This document shows positions 19,938 through 28,669 of a stretch of DNA of 58,858 bases, in pieces. Below the pieces are notes generated by a model that ran no database searches, was not told where the DNA came from, and saw only the letters and a program-made list of their open reading frames with translations. Made by a program: the position numbers and the translations under genes. This DNA comes from Planctomycetaceae bacterium. GTDB taxonomy: Bacteria; Planctomycetota; Planctomycetia; Planctomycetales; Planctomycetaceae. Every line of letters starts with the position of its first letter. Positions within the stretch are counted from its first letter, which is position 1. The stretch spans positions 1-58,858 of the forward strand of contig JBAQZJ010000088.1 of NCBI GenBank assembly GCA_049790855.1, read 5' to 3'.

Positions 19938-20960
19938 ATGTCTTCACAATGGTACTTTCGCATAGTCGACGAAGAGCTGGGACCGATTTCCTATCCCGAG
20001 TTAATCGATCTTGTACGTAGCGGAACAGTTTGTGAAGGCGATCTTGTTCGCCAAGAGTGGCCTGCGGACGACTGGCGGCGGGCCGAATCGGTCGTGGGAT
20101 TGTTCTACATGGCTCGACGACGCGGATCCGCAGTCGCGCCCGTCTCGAGCGCTGCTCATCAGCCGGTTATCGATCTCGATTCGACTTCTCTAAACGTGAC
20201 CGCGGCACCGGTGGTGCGGACGGGATCTTCATGGCGAGCGGCGAAACTCTTCCGGCGGCTGCTGAAGAATCCGCCGACTGCGTCTGCCGTGACAACGACG
20301 AGGCAAGTTGACTGCGAGTCAACCTCCGGCGCTTTGTCGGATGACGAGTGTACCGGCACGTTGGATCGCGACGTTGGTGAGACTCCGGTGTCAGTCGGCG
20401 CGTTCCCGAATCGAGAGTTGGCCGATCAAAGCGCTACGTCAGCGACGGAGGAATGGGCTACGAACGTGACCGAGGCTCTCCGAGACGCACGAGCGCGCGA
20501 CGTGATGTTGGCCAGGGAGCAGGAGCGCAACGAAGCTCGAAGCCGTCGGCGGGGTGCGATTCCCATCCTCTTGGCGGCGATCGTCCATGCCGTGTCGCGT
20601 CCATTGGTGGACTTATACGATAGAGTCGTCCAGCCAGGCCAGGCGGCAACGCGGGACCGTGTCGCGGCAAGGCTCTCGGTGCTCGAGAGTTGGTTACCGA
20701 AGTCGGGAACGTTTCGGTTTGGATTCAAATTCGTCGCGGCACTTCTCGCCGCGAACCTCGCGGCGGTTGGAGTACTGCAGTGGTCTGAACGTCAGGCGCT
20801 GAGATTCCCCGGTGATGAATCGTCAACGATGCGATCTGTTCCCTTCGTTGGGGATTGCGGTCCAGCTGAGTTCGCCTTCGTCGTGTTCCAGATCGCGTTG
20901 CTTGCCGGAGCCGGAACCTACGGAATGGTCGCCGTTCTGGAGGCGAAAGCCGATGATTGA
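19938..20960 (+). CDS. GYF_2 (DUF4339) domain protein with C-terminal TM segments
   Basis: WYFRIVDEELGPISYPELIDLVRSGTVCEGDLVRQEWPADDWRRAESVVGLF fits the GYF_2 pattern. Hydrophobic C-terminal third. Confidence 0.65.
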   Translation: MSSQWYFRIVDEELGPISYPELIDLVRSGTVCEGDLVRQEWPADDWRRAESVVGLFYMARRRGSAVAPVSSAAHQPVIDLDSTSLNVTAAPVVRTGSSWRAAKLFRRLLKNPPTASAVTTTRQVDCESTSGALSDDECTGTLDRDVGETPVSVGAFPNRELADQSATSATEEWATNVTEALRDARARDVMLAREQERNEARSRRRGAIPILLAAIVHAVSRPLVDLYDRVVQPGQAATRDRVAARLSVLESWLPKSGTFRFGFKFVAALLAANLAAVGVLQWSERQALRFPGDESSTMRSVPFVGDCGPAEFAFVVFQIALLAGAGTYGMVAVLEAKADD

Positions 20961-22209
20961 TTTTGTTCCGTGGACGGCATGTTTCTGGCAATCTGTCGGG
21001 AGGCGGAGAAGCCGAGGGGGTTTCCTCGCCAAACAATTGCAGGCGGACGCGTTGAACGATAGTGCGCCGCGCGATTTTGTCGGACCATTCAGCAGACGTG
21101 GGGCGACTCATAATCAATGCAGCCCCGGTTCGATTCTGTCGAATCAACCGCGAATCGCACTCAGCCCACGCTTTGGGTATTCGATGGTCGAGCTGGTGGT
21201 TGTCTTGGCGATTCTCGGTTTGCTCGTCGCGATCACAATCCCGGCGATCAGCCGATCCCGCGCGTCGGCGAAGCGGCTCGAATGTCAGAACAACCTCCGG
21301 AATCTGGCGTTGGCGATGACGATGTGCGAACAGACGCTGGGCCGGTTGCCGGCCTCGGGCAACTACATCCCGAACGGTCCGAAGAGCACCAGTCACAATC
21401 ACTCCTGGGCCGTCTCGGTCCTGCCGTGGATCGATCAACAAGCGGTCTACGACCAGTGGGATTTAGGCAAGCCCGTCACCGATCCCGTCAACGAACCGTT
21501 GACGCGGCAGCGCATCCCGACGTTCATCTGCCCCGTCGACATCAGCCGGAGTCGGCGTGACGAACGGGGAGGCGACTTGAGCTACGTCGTCAACGGCGGG
21601 GTGGGGTTCACGGTTGGCCCGGCGTTCGACAAGGAGGACTGTCCGATCTCCCCCTTCGGCGGTCCGCTGGATCTGAACGGCGACGGCCAGGCGTGCGACG
21701 GCGGCGAGGGCGACGCCGCGGACTACGCCTATTTCAAGCACATGGGGTTGTTCTTCCTGGAAAACTGGAAGCAGGGAGTCGACCGGCATCATCGGCTCGC
21801 CGACGTCCAGGACGGCCTGACGCAAACGATCATGCTGACGGAGAACGTCAGAGCCGGCTTTGATCCGGACGATCCGGAGGCCAGCTACGCCACTCCGAAT
21901 CCCTATCGATGCGCGTTCTACATCGGCCATCCTTGTGGTGGCAAAGATTGCAGCGAAGGGAACGTCGACTACGCGTTCTGCAACAAGGGTGAAGCGGCGA
22001 TCAACGGCGGCACGCGAAGCGCCGAAGGACGTTCTCCTGTTCCGAATTCCTTCCATGGGAATGGAGTCAACATGGCGTTTGCGGACGGCCACGTGACGTT
22101 CGTTTCGGAAGCGATCACCGGCACGGTTTATGCCGCGCTCGTCAGCCCGCAGGGCGTCATGCTGCGCGGGACTCCGCTCGAACAAGGGGTCGTCACCGAA
22201 GGATTCTGA
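20953..22209 (+). CDS. DUF1559-family protein with prepilin-type N-terminus
   Basis: GYSMVELVVVLAILGLLVAITIPAISRSRASAKRLECQNNLRNLALAM and C-terminal FHGNGVNMAFADGHVTFVS. The start at 20953 overlaps the preceding stop, and the start is uncertain. Confidence 0.75.
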   Translation: MIDFVPWTACFWQSVGRRRSRGGFLAKQLQADALNDSAPRDFVGPFSRRGATHNQCSPGSILSNQPRIALSPRFGYSMVELVVVLAILGLLVAITIPAISRSRASAKRLECQNNLRNLALAMTMCEQTLGRLPASGNYIPNGPKSTSHNHSWAVSVLPWIDQQAVYDQWDLGKPVTDPVNEPLTRQRIPTFICPVDISRSRRDERGGDLSYVVNGGVGFTVGPAFDKEDCPISPFGGPLDLNGDGQACDGGEGDAADYAYFKHMGLFFLENWKQGVDRHHRLADVQDGLTQTIMLTENVRAGFDPDDPEASYATPNPYRCAFYIGHPCGGKDCSEGNVDYAFCNKGEAAINGGTRSAEGRSPVPNSFHGNGVNMAFADGHVTFVSEAITGTVYAALVSPQGVMLRGTPLEQGVVTEGF

Positions 22210-22281
22210 CCGTCGTCTGTTGTGAGCGTTTGCCACGCAGCCCGGGATTCGAGCGATGTTCCGCAGAGAGAGCGTGACGCA

Positions 22282-25200
22282 ATGCTGACATCGGCCAAAC
22301 AATCGACCTTGTGCCGGCTCACGCTGGTGATGCTGATCGTCTGTGGTCAGGTCGCCTCCGTCATGGCAACGCCGGCTACGGCTCAGGATTCCGTTCCCTT
22401 CGCCGATTGCGACACGAACGGAGACGGTCGGGTCAGTCTGTCGGAGTATCTGTCCCGTCAGGACAGCCCGGACGCACGACTCCGGTTTCACAGAATGGAC
22501 GACGACGAGAACGGCTCGCTGACCGAAGCCGAATGGAACCGCCGGGATCGTAGCGGGACGATCCCCGCCCGCCGATTGTTTCGCGGCTACGACGCCGACG
22601 GAAATGGAAGGCTGTCAGCGGATGAGTGGCTGACGCCGGTGCCGCCGGAGGCTCGGACGGAGTTCGAACAGAAGGCCAAGGTCTTCGATTTCGATCGCGA
22701 TGGGACGTTGTCCTATGAGGAGTTCACTGCAATCCCGGGCCTGGTCGCTGAACGGGAGCGGGGGGCGGTCCCCGATCCGATCGAACGACTCGCGAATCGC
22801 ACCGCCAGGCGCATCCTCAAGGCAACACGCGTGCCGGTTCCTGCCGACGCTTGGTCCGCCGTCGTGGATAGTCATCTCGGAGCCGGAATTCCTGCGACGA
22901 TCGCTCTCTGGGATCGCAACGGTGATCGACAAATCGACGCCGAGGAGATTCCGTCGGGAATCGAATTGGCTTACGGTGTCCGACGCGCCTCGACGGCCTC
23001 GGCCAGAACGCCGTCCGGCAGAGTCTGGAACGCGAACTATTTTCGCTCCCTCGATGCCGACGGCGACGGAGTCTGGACGGCGGAGGAATTTCTCTCCCGG
23101 CACCCAGCCGACCAGGAACGGGCGAATCAAGAGTTCCTGTCAGGGGACCTCGATTCAAACGGTCGCCTCGAACGGGACGAAGTCGATAAGGCGGGCCTCA
23201 GTCACTTCGATGTTCCGGTCCAATTCCTGCTCTGGGATTCCGACGGTGACGGCCTGGTCGGCGACGATGAACTGTCGGAGAATGCACGAAGTTGGGATCG
23301 AAACATCGCGGTGCATCTCCTGCCGGGATTCGACTCGGACGGTGACGGCGCACTGTCGCTGCTCGAATTTCGGGACACGCCGCTCGGCAATCCGCTGGCC
23401 GACTGGAATGCGGTTCGAAAGGACGCGAACGGCGACGGACGATTGGATCACGATGAGTTCTTCCGCCCGAACGGTTTGGCCTTGTCCGGCCTGGCGGCGC
23501 ACTTTTTTGACGGATTCGATCGCGACCAGAACGGCGCTCTCGACTTCACCGAGTTCGAATTTGACGTTGATCTCGACCGTGTGCCGGCCTCCCATCTGTT
23601 CGAGGCGTTGGATCGTGATCGGGACGGTCAACTCTCGCTTGGCGAGGCGTTTGCCCCTCCGGACGTCTCGATTGCGGCCGGTCGACCGTTGCTTCCGCCT
23701 CATCGGCTGGTTTTTCTTGACGCCGACGCTGACGGGGATCAGCGGCTGACGCGTACTGAGTTTTCGGCCGAGATCGCCGTGCGCCGGGCCGTCGTGGACG
23801 AGCGGTGGTACTGGCGCGTCGCGTGGCCCGGATTCCGCAAAGCGGACGTCGATCAGGACGGACAACTCAGTCTTTCGGAGTTGTTGGCGAGCGTCCCGGA
23901 GGACCGACATCCCGTCGCGACTCGAGACTTCCGGATCTTCGATTTCGACGGGCAGGGCGGTCTCGATTTCGCCGAGTCCGTCTGCATGCCGGGCGTCGTG
24001 CCGGCGTCGCGCCGCGGCCCGGTACCCGATCCGGTCGCCGACCGGTTGCACAACGAATTGTCCCAGGCGCTCGACCTCTTCGGCCAGGAGAACGGCGGGC
24101 GGCACCGCCTCGGCCGGGAGGATTGGGACGAGGCGACCACCGGCCGATGGTATTCGTCTCGCTTCAGCGAGATCGACCGTGATGGAGACGGCGGCGTCTC
24201 CGCCCAGGAGCTTCGCGCCGGGTTCGCCGTGATGTTCGGACTTCGAAGCGAGGACGGAAGCGAACTTCGACGCCGTTCCGGTCTCGTTTTCAACTGGAAC
24301 ACGTTCTTCGTGGTCTGGGATCAGGACGGCGACATGCGGCTTTCCAGAGAGGAGTTCGTTCCCCGGTTCTGGCGGGGATCGGAGGCAGCGGAACGACAGT
24401 TTGCCGGGGCCGATTCCGACAAGGACGGTTTTCTCGCGCCGGACGAGTTGGCGGCGACGGACTTCGTCTGGGTGGACGTCGTCGATCGGTTCCGGACGCT
24501 GGACAAGAACCTCGACGGGAGCCTGGATCCGGCCGAGCTTGATCAGGGGCTCGCCGCGTGGGAACGGCCGTATCTCGACCAACTCTGGCCGAGCTACGAC
24601 GCGGATGCCGACGCGCGGTTGACGTTCGAGGAGTTCCGTGCCACCCCGTTGGGGAACCCCGTTCTCGATTGGCGGGGCCGGTCCTATGACCAGGACGACG
24701 ACGGTCGACTGAGTCTGGCCGAATTCCATCCCGCGGACGGTCTCCGCTTCCTGGGGACGTCGAAAGTCTTCTTCGACAGGGTCGACCGTGACGGAAACGG
24801 CTCGCTCGACCTGTCCGAATTCGACTTCGACGTCGACTTCGGCCGCGTCCCCGCTCGCGTCGTGTTTCAGGCCGTCGAGCGGAATCAGGACGGGCGGTTG
24901 ACGTTGCGAGAAACGGTCGAGTCCCTCAGAGGATCCGATTCGGCCTTGGAGGCGATGAGTTCCTCGCTCCAGCGTCCGTTTCAGGAGAACGACCGGAACG
25001 GCGACGGCGTTCTGGACGCCGGCGAGTTCGCTGCCGCGGCTGATTTTCACGCGGCGATTCGAAGAGTCGTCTGGCGACACCGCAATTCCCGTCCGAAGTT
25101 TTTGAGACGAGACCTCAATGGCGACGGTTTTGTCGATCGCGACGAGTGGCTGGCGGATCGAGCGGACAACGAATTACCGGAGGCCGGATACGACTTCGTC

Positions 25201-26502
25201 CTGTGTGACTTCGACGGTGACGGGCGCCTTTCATTCAATGAGTTCTCCTGCGTCCCGAGTGTTGCCCCGCCTGCTCGTCGCGGGAATGTTCCCGACCCGA
25301 TCGTCGAACTGGTCGACAGCCTGCTGAAATCCATTGAAGGTCATGATCCGAATGAGGTGTCGGCGACGATCGCCGGGCAAACCGCGGGGGCGGCCCCGCT
25401 CGACGTCGTGCAAGGCTGGGACTCCGACCAGGACGGGCGGCTGACGGATTGGGAGCTCCGGCAAGGTGTTGAAATCCTTTTCGGCATTCGAGATCCGGAC
25501 GGCACGCCCTTGCGGCGTGAGACGGGCCAGGTGTTCGAGTTGCGTACTTTTCAGTCCTATGACCGGAGCGCCGACGGTGTGCTCGCGAAGCCGGAGTTTG
25601 TCGAGCGATACTGGGGCGGAGAGGAGCAGGCCGGGGAGGTCTTCACGGCGGCGGATACCGATGGAAACGGCGGGCTCACGGTCCAGGAAGCCGCCGGCGG
25701 CGACTTGTTTTGGGGCGACAGCCTGAGCTTGTTTCGCAGGTTCGATACGGATCGAAGCGGAGATCTGGATGCCAGCGAGCTGGCGAAAGCCGCCAAGCCC
25801 TGGGAGACCGCTTATCTCGAAATGGCGTTCCCGGGATTTGACGCTGACGGAGACGGCACGCTTTCGTTTCGGGAGTTTCGCGAAACACCGTTCTGCAATC
25901 CGCTGGCCGACTGGAATCGTCGGCGTGCCGACAGGAATCATGACGGCCGTCTCTCGCTGGATGAGTTTCATGACGGCAAGTCACCGGCCCGCCGAGGATT
26001 GTCCTCGTTGTTTCTCGCGCGACTGGACCGCGACTCGGACGGCCGCCTGTCAGTCCCCGAACTGGATTTCTCGGTCGATCTCCGTCGTGCTCCGATCGAA
26101 GTCGTCTTCGCGACGCTCGATGCGGACAGAGACGCCGCTTTGACGCTTTCGGAGGCCGTCGGCAAGGCTCCTGCTCCGGGAAACCCGGTTGCCCTACAAA
26201 ACTGGAACGAGCGGTCGATGCTTCTTGAGGACGCGTTTCGCATCGCAGACCATGACCAGAACGGTCGGTTGTCGCTCGAGGAATTCCTGAGGCCGGGGTC
26301 GGCGATCACGGATCTCGTCGTCGGTCGCAACCCGTCCCGGACGGTTTCCCGTCGCGCAAGAGATCCCGAAACGACTGGGAGCGCGCCTGCGAACGCGTCA
26401 CCAGCCGCCTCCTGGAACAGGCGGTTCGTCGCCCTTGTCGTCTTTGACGTGATTCTGTTGCTCGCACTGATCTGGGGAGGGCTTCGACGGGCGCGTCGTT
26501 GA
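22282..26502 (+). CDS. Giant secreted/anchored EF-hand repeat (Ca-binding) protein
   Basis: Signal peptide (LTLVMLIVCGQVASVMATPATAQD), dozens of DxDxDGxLxxxE loops and a C-terminal TM anchor (FVALVVFDVILLLALIWGGL). The track ORF starts at a GTG at 22222; the ATG at 22282 is more plausible. Confidence 0.85.
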   Translation: MLTSAKQSTLCRLTLVMLIVCGQVASVMATPATAQDSVPFADCDTNGDGRVSLSEYLSRQDSPDARLRFHRMDDDENGSLTEAEWNRRDRSGTIPARRLFRGYDADGNGRLSADEWLTPVPPEARTEFEQKAKVFDFDRDGTLSYEEFTAIPGLVAERERGAVPDPIERLANRTARRILKATRVPVPADAWSAVVDSHLGAGIPATIALWDRNGDRQIDAEEIPSGIELAYGVRRASTASARTPSGRVWNANYFRSLDADGDGVWTAEEFLSRHPADQERANQEFLSGDLDSNGRLERDEVDKAGLSHFDVPVQFLLWDSDGDGLVGDDELSENARSWDRNIAVHLLPGFDSDGDGALSLLEFRDTPLGNPLADWNAVRKDANGDGRLDHDEFFRPNGLALSGLAAHFFDGFDRDQNGALDFTEFEFDVDLDRVPASHLFEALDRDRDGQLSLGEAFAPPDVSIAAGRPLLPPHRLVFLDADADGDQRLTRTEFSAEIAVRRAVVDERWYWRVAWPGFRKADVDQDGQLSLSELLASVPEDRHPVATRDFRIFDFDGQGGLDFAESVCMPGVVPASRRGPVPDPVADRLHNELSQALDLFGQENGGRHRLGREDWDEATTGRWYSSRFSEIDRDGDGGVSAQELRAGFAVMFGLRSEDGSELRRRSGLVFNWNTFFVVWDQDGDMRLSREEFVPRFWRGSEAAERQFAGADSDKDGFLAPDELAATDFVWVDVVDRFRTLDKNLDGSLDPAELDQGLAAWERPYLDQLWPSYDADADARLTFEEFRATPLGNPVLDWRGRSYDQDDDGRLSLAEFHPADGLRFLGTSKVFFDRVDRDGNGSLDLSEFDFDVDFGRVPARVVFQAVERNQDGRLTLRETVESLRGSDSALEAMSSSLQRPFQENDRNGDGVLDAGEFAAAADFHAAIRRVVWRHRNSRPKFLRRDLNGDGFVDRDEWLADRADNELPEAGYDFVLCDFDGDGRLSFNEFSCVPSVAPPARRGNVPDPIVELVDSLLKSIEGHDPNEVSATIAGQTAGAAPLDVVQGWDSDQDGRLTDWELRQGVEILFGIRDPDGTPLRRETGQVFELRTFQSYDRSADGVLAKPEFVERYWGGEEQAGEVFTAADTDGNGGLTVQEAAGGDLFWGDSLSLFRRFDTDRSGDLDASELAKAAKPWETAYLEMAFPGFDADGDGTLSFREFRETPFCNPLADWNRRRADRNHDGRLSLDEFHDGKSPARRGLSSLFLARLDRDSDGRLSVPELDFSVDLRRAPIEVVFATLDADRDAALTLSEAVGKAPAPGNPVALQNWNERSMLLEDAFRIADHDQNGRLSLEEFLRPGSAITDLVVGRNPSRTVSRRARDPETTGSAPANASPAASWNRRFVALVVFDVILLLALIWGGLRRARR
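22762..26200 (+). repeat. Three tandem ~420-aa (~1.26 kb) super-repeats inside the EF-hand gene
   Basis: Anchor motif RG(A/P/N)VPDP recurs at nt 22762, 24016 and 25282. The flanking blocks are colinear (FDFDxxGxLxFxE..., F(R/E)xTP(L/F)xNP(L/V)(A/L)DW, DF(T/S)EF(E/D)FDVD...). The end coordinate is approximate. Confidence 0.75.
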
Positions 26503-26638
26503 TTTTGCTTTTCACGCATCGGCAGGCTTCATTGCCATCAGACGGGATCTGAAGCGTATCGGGTTTCAAGTCGGATGTGACCAGCCGCAGATTCCCGATT
26601 GCCTGCGGCATCGGCCACGGACCTGGAGGCTGCCGACC

Positions 26639-28624
26639 ATGTGTCGATTTCGGAAACAGGATGCGCGAGATCGAAATGCCGCGCGTGCGGGTTGGTCGAC
26701 GATGGACCTTCTCGTGTCGGCGGCGGCCGTCGCCCTCCTCGTCATCATTTCCGTGCCGATGGTGCTGCACAGCCGCGACGAGGCCCGACGCAATATCTGT
26801 CGCGACAACTTGCGCGCATTCACGCTGGCGCTCCATCACTATCACGATTCTGCCGGCACGCTGCCGTTCGCCGCTCGCTGGGACACCAACGCCACGACCT
26901 CGCTGGCGCTCCACCGGTCGAAGCAGATCGATCGGATCACTCGCGAAAACTGGGCTCTGCTCGTACTGCCTTATACCGGCGATCACTCGCTCGTCGAGGA
27001 GTACGACGCAAGCCGCCCTGTGGGAGATCCGGCCAACGCCCGTTTCCGCACGACGTCCCTCGCGCTAATGACCTGTCCGGCGGACGACTTCAACCGGGAC
27101 GACAACAGATATCGGTTTTCGCTAGGCGAGGTCGACAACGCATTCGTCGAGTTCGCCCGCGGCAACTACGCGATCAACGGCGGCTCCCATGACGCCCAAT
27201 TCGATCCGCCGGACACGACGTCCCCCAAAGGGGATGCGCTAAACCTGGTCATGCGGGAAGAGCCCCGGCGATTCGAAATGTGGGGCAACGGAATCGCCGG
27301 TATCAATCGTTCTTTCTCGCTGGATTCCTTCTCAAACGGTCAATCGACGCTCGTGGCGCTGGAAGAACTGCGATCGGGCGTGCATCCGCTCGATCCGCGC
27401 GGCGTGTGGGCTCTCGGCCAGATCGGCGGGAGCATCACGTGGGCGCACGGCGTCAATGGCGACGCCTTCGGTCCCAACAACCCATGGCCCCGCGCCGACG
27501 ACATCCTCGGCTGTGCCGCAGTTCACGAAGCCGTGGGAACCGATGCGCTCGCCCGCCACGGAATGCCCTGCGTCGACTACGTCGACGGCAACCAGCAGGC
27601 CGCCTCGCGAAGCCGGCATCCCGGCGGCGTTCATGTCGCCTTGCTGGACGGCGCGGTGAAGTTTATTGCCGACGACATCGATCCCGGCGTCTGGCATGTC
27701 ATGCATTCGCGAGACACTCCGGCGGATGTGCTGGGAGGAGATGCCGCCGGTTTCACGTCTTTTACCGGCTCGCTGGCCGAGGCACCTCCTCCTGAGCCGC
27801 CCCCCGGGTGGCTGCCGGCGGCCGGGCCGTCCCGGAGCGACTCGAGGGAAGCCGGCCCTGCTCTTGAGAATTCGCTGGGAATGTCATTCGCTGTGATTCC
27901 CGCCGGGGAGTTCCTCATGGGACTTCCCGACGCCGGGATCGGTCCTGGTGCTCCGCCGGAATGTCCGCCGCACCAGGTTCGGATATCGGAGGCATTCCGA
28001 TTCGGCGTGCATGAAGTCTCGCGCCGACAATATTTCGAAGTGATGGGAGAACCCTCCGCCGAGGGTGACGCGCTGCATGAGAATTCCCGTTTGGACGCGG
28101 AAAGCATTTCCAATGCCGATCACCCCGTCGTCCATGCGACCTGGCATGAAGCCGAAGAGTTTTGTCGTAAGCTGTCGCTGCTTCCTGCGGAGCGGCGGGC
28201 GGGTCGCTGGTATCGGCTTCCGACGGAAGCGGAGTGGGAGTACGCCTGTCGTGCCGGCGACACCCAACCGTATTCCTGGACCCGTCATCGCCGCCCGGAG
28301 GATGCGTCCGGCGAAGCCGCCGGTATCGTTCCCGCACTTTCCATCCAACCGGTCGGCTCGTATGCAACGAACAAGTTCGGTCTGCATGATATGAGGGGCA
28401 ACGCCTGGGAATGGACGGCCGACTGGTTCGACCGGGACTACTACCTGCGATCGCCGAGCCGCGATCCGCGCGGACCCGCCAATGGATATATTAAGGTCGT
28501 CCGCGGCGGCGATTGGCGATTCGTCGGCGAGGTCTGCCGCATCGACTATCCGGTCATGCCGCCGTGGAAGGCCAATCCGATCGTGGGGTTTCGCGTCGTC
28601 TGCGAGACGACGGCGCATGAGTGA
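26639..28624 (+). CDS. DUF1559-like N-terminal domain fused to an FGE/SUMF1-type (formylglycine-generating-enzyme family) domain
   Basis: N-terminal part has DUF1559 features (RDEARRNICRDNLRAFTLALHHYHD ... HPGGVHVALLDGAVKFIADDI). C-terminal part has FGE-sulfatase motifs (HPVVHATWHEAEEFC, RLPTEAEWEYACRAG, GLHDMRGNAWEWTADW, VVRGGDW). Confidence 0.8.
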   Translation: MCRFRKQDARDRNAARAGWSTMDLLVSAAAVALLVIISVPMVLHSRDEARRNICRDNLRAFTLALHHYHDSAGTLPFAARWDTNATTSLALHRSKQIDRITRENWALLVLPYTGDHSLVEEYDASRPVGDPANARFRTTSLALMTCPADDFNRDDNRYRFSLGEVDNAFVEFARGNYAINGGSHDAQFDPPDTTSPKGDALNLVMREEPRRFEMWGNGIAGINRSFSLDSFSNGQSTLVALEELRSGVHPLDPRGVWALGQIGGSITWAHGVNGDAFGPNNPWPRADDILGCAAVHEAVGTDALARHGMPCVDYVDGNQQAASRSRHPGGVHVALLDGAVKFIADDIDPGVWHVMHSRDTPADVLGGDAAGFTSFTGSLAEAPPPEPPPGWLPAAGPSRSDSREAGPALENSLGMSFAVIPAGEFLMGLPDAGIGPGAPPECPPHQVRISEAFRFGVHEVSRRQYFEVMGEPSAEGDALHENSRLDAESISNADHPVVHATWHEAEEFCRKLSLLPAERRAGRWYRLPTEAEWEYACRAGDTQPYSWTRHRRPEDASGEAAGIVPALSIQPVGSYATNKFGLHDMRGNAWEWTADWFDRDYYLRSPSRDPRGPANGYIKVVRGGDWRFVGEVCRIDYPVMPPWKANPIVGFRVVCETTAHE

Positions 28625-28669
28625 ATCGCAATCCTGCACGCCGGGCGACTGCCCGGGAGGCTTCGGAAC

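Noticed and set aside
23155-25080. 641-aa minus-strand ORF inside the EF-hand gene
   Set aside because: It is antisense to a gene with dozens of canonical EF-hand loops, so it is a shadow ORF.
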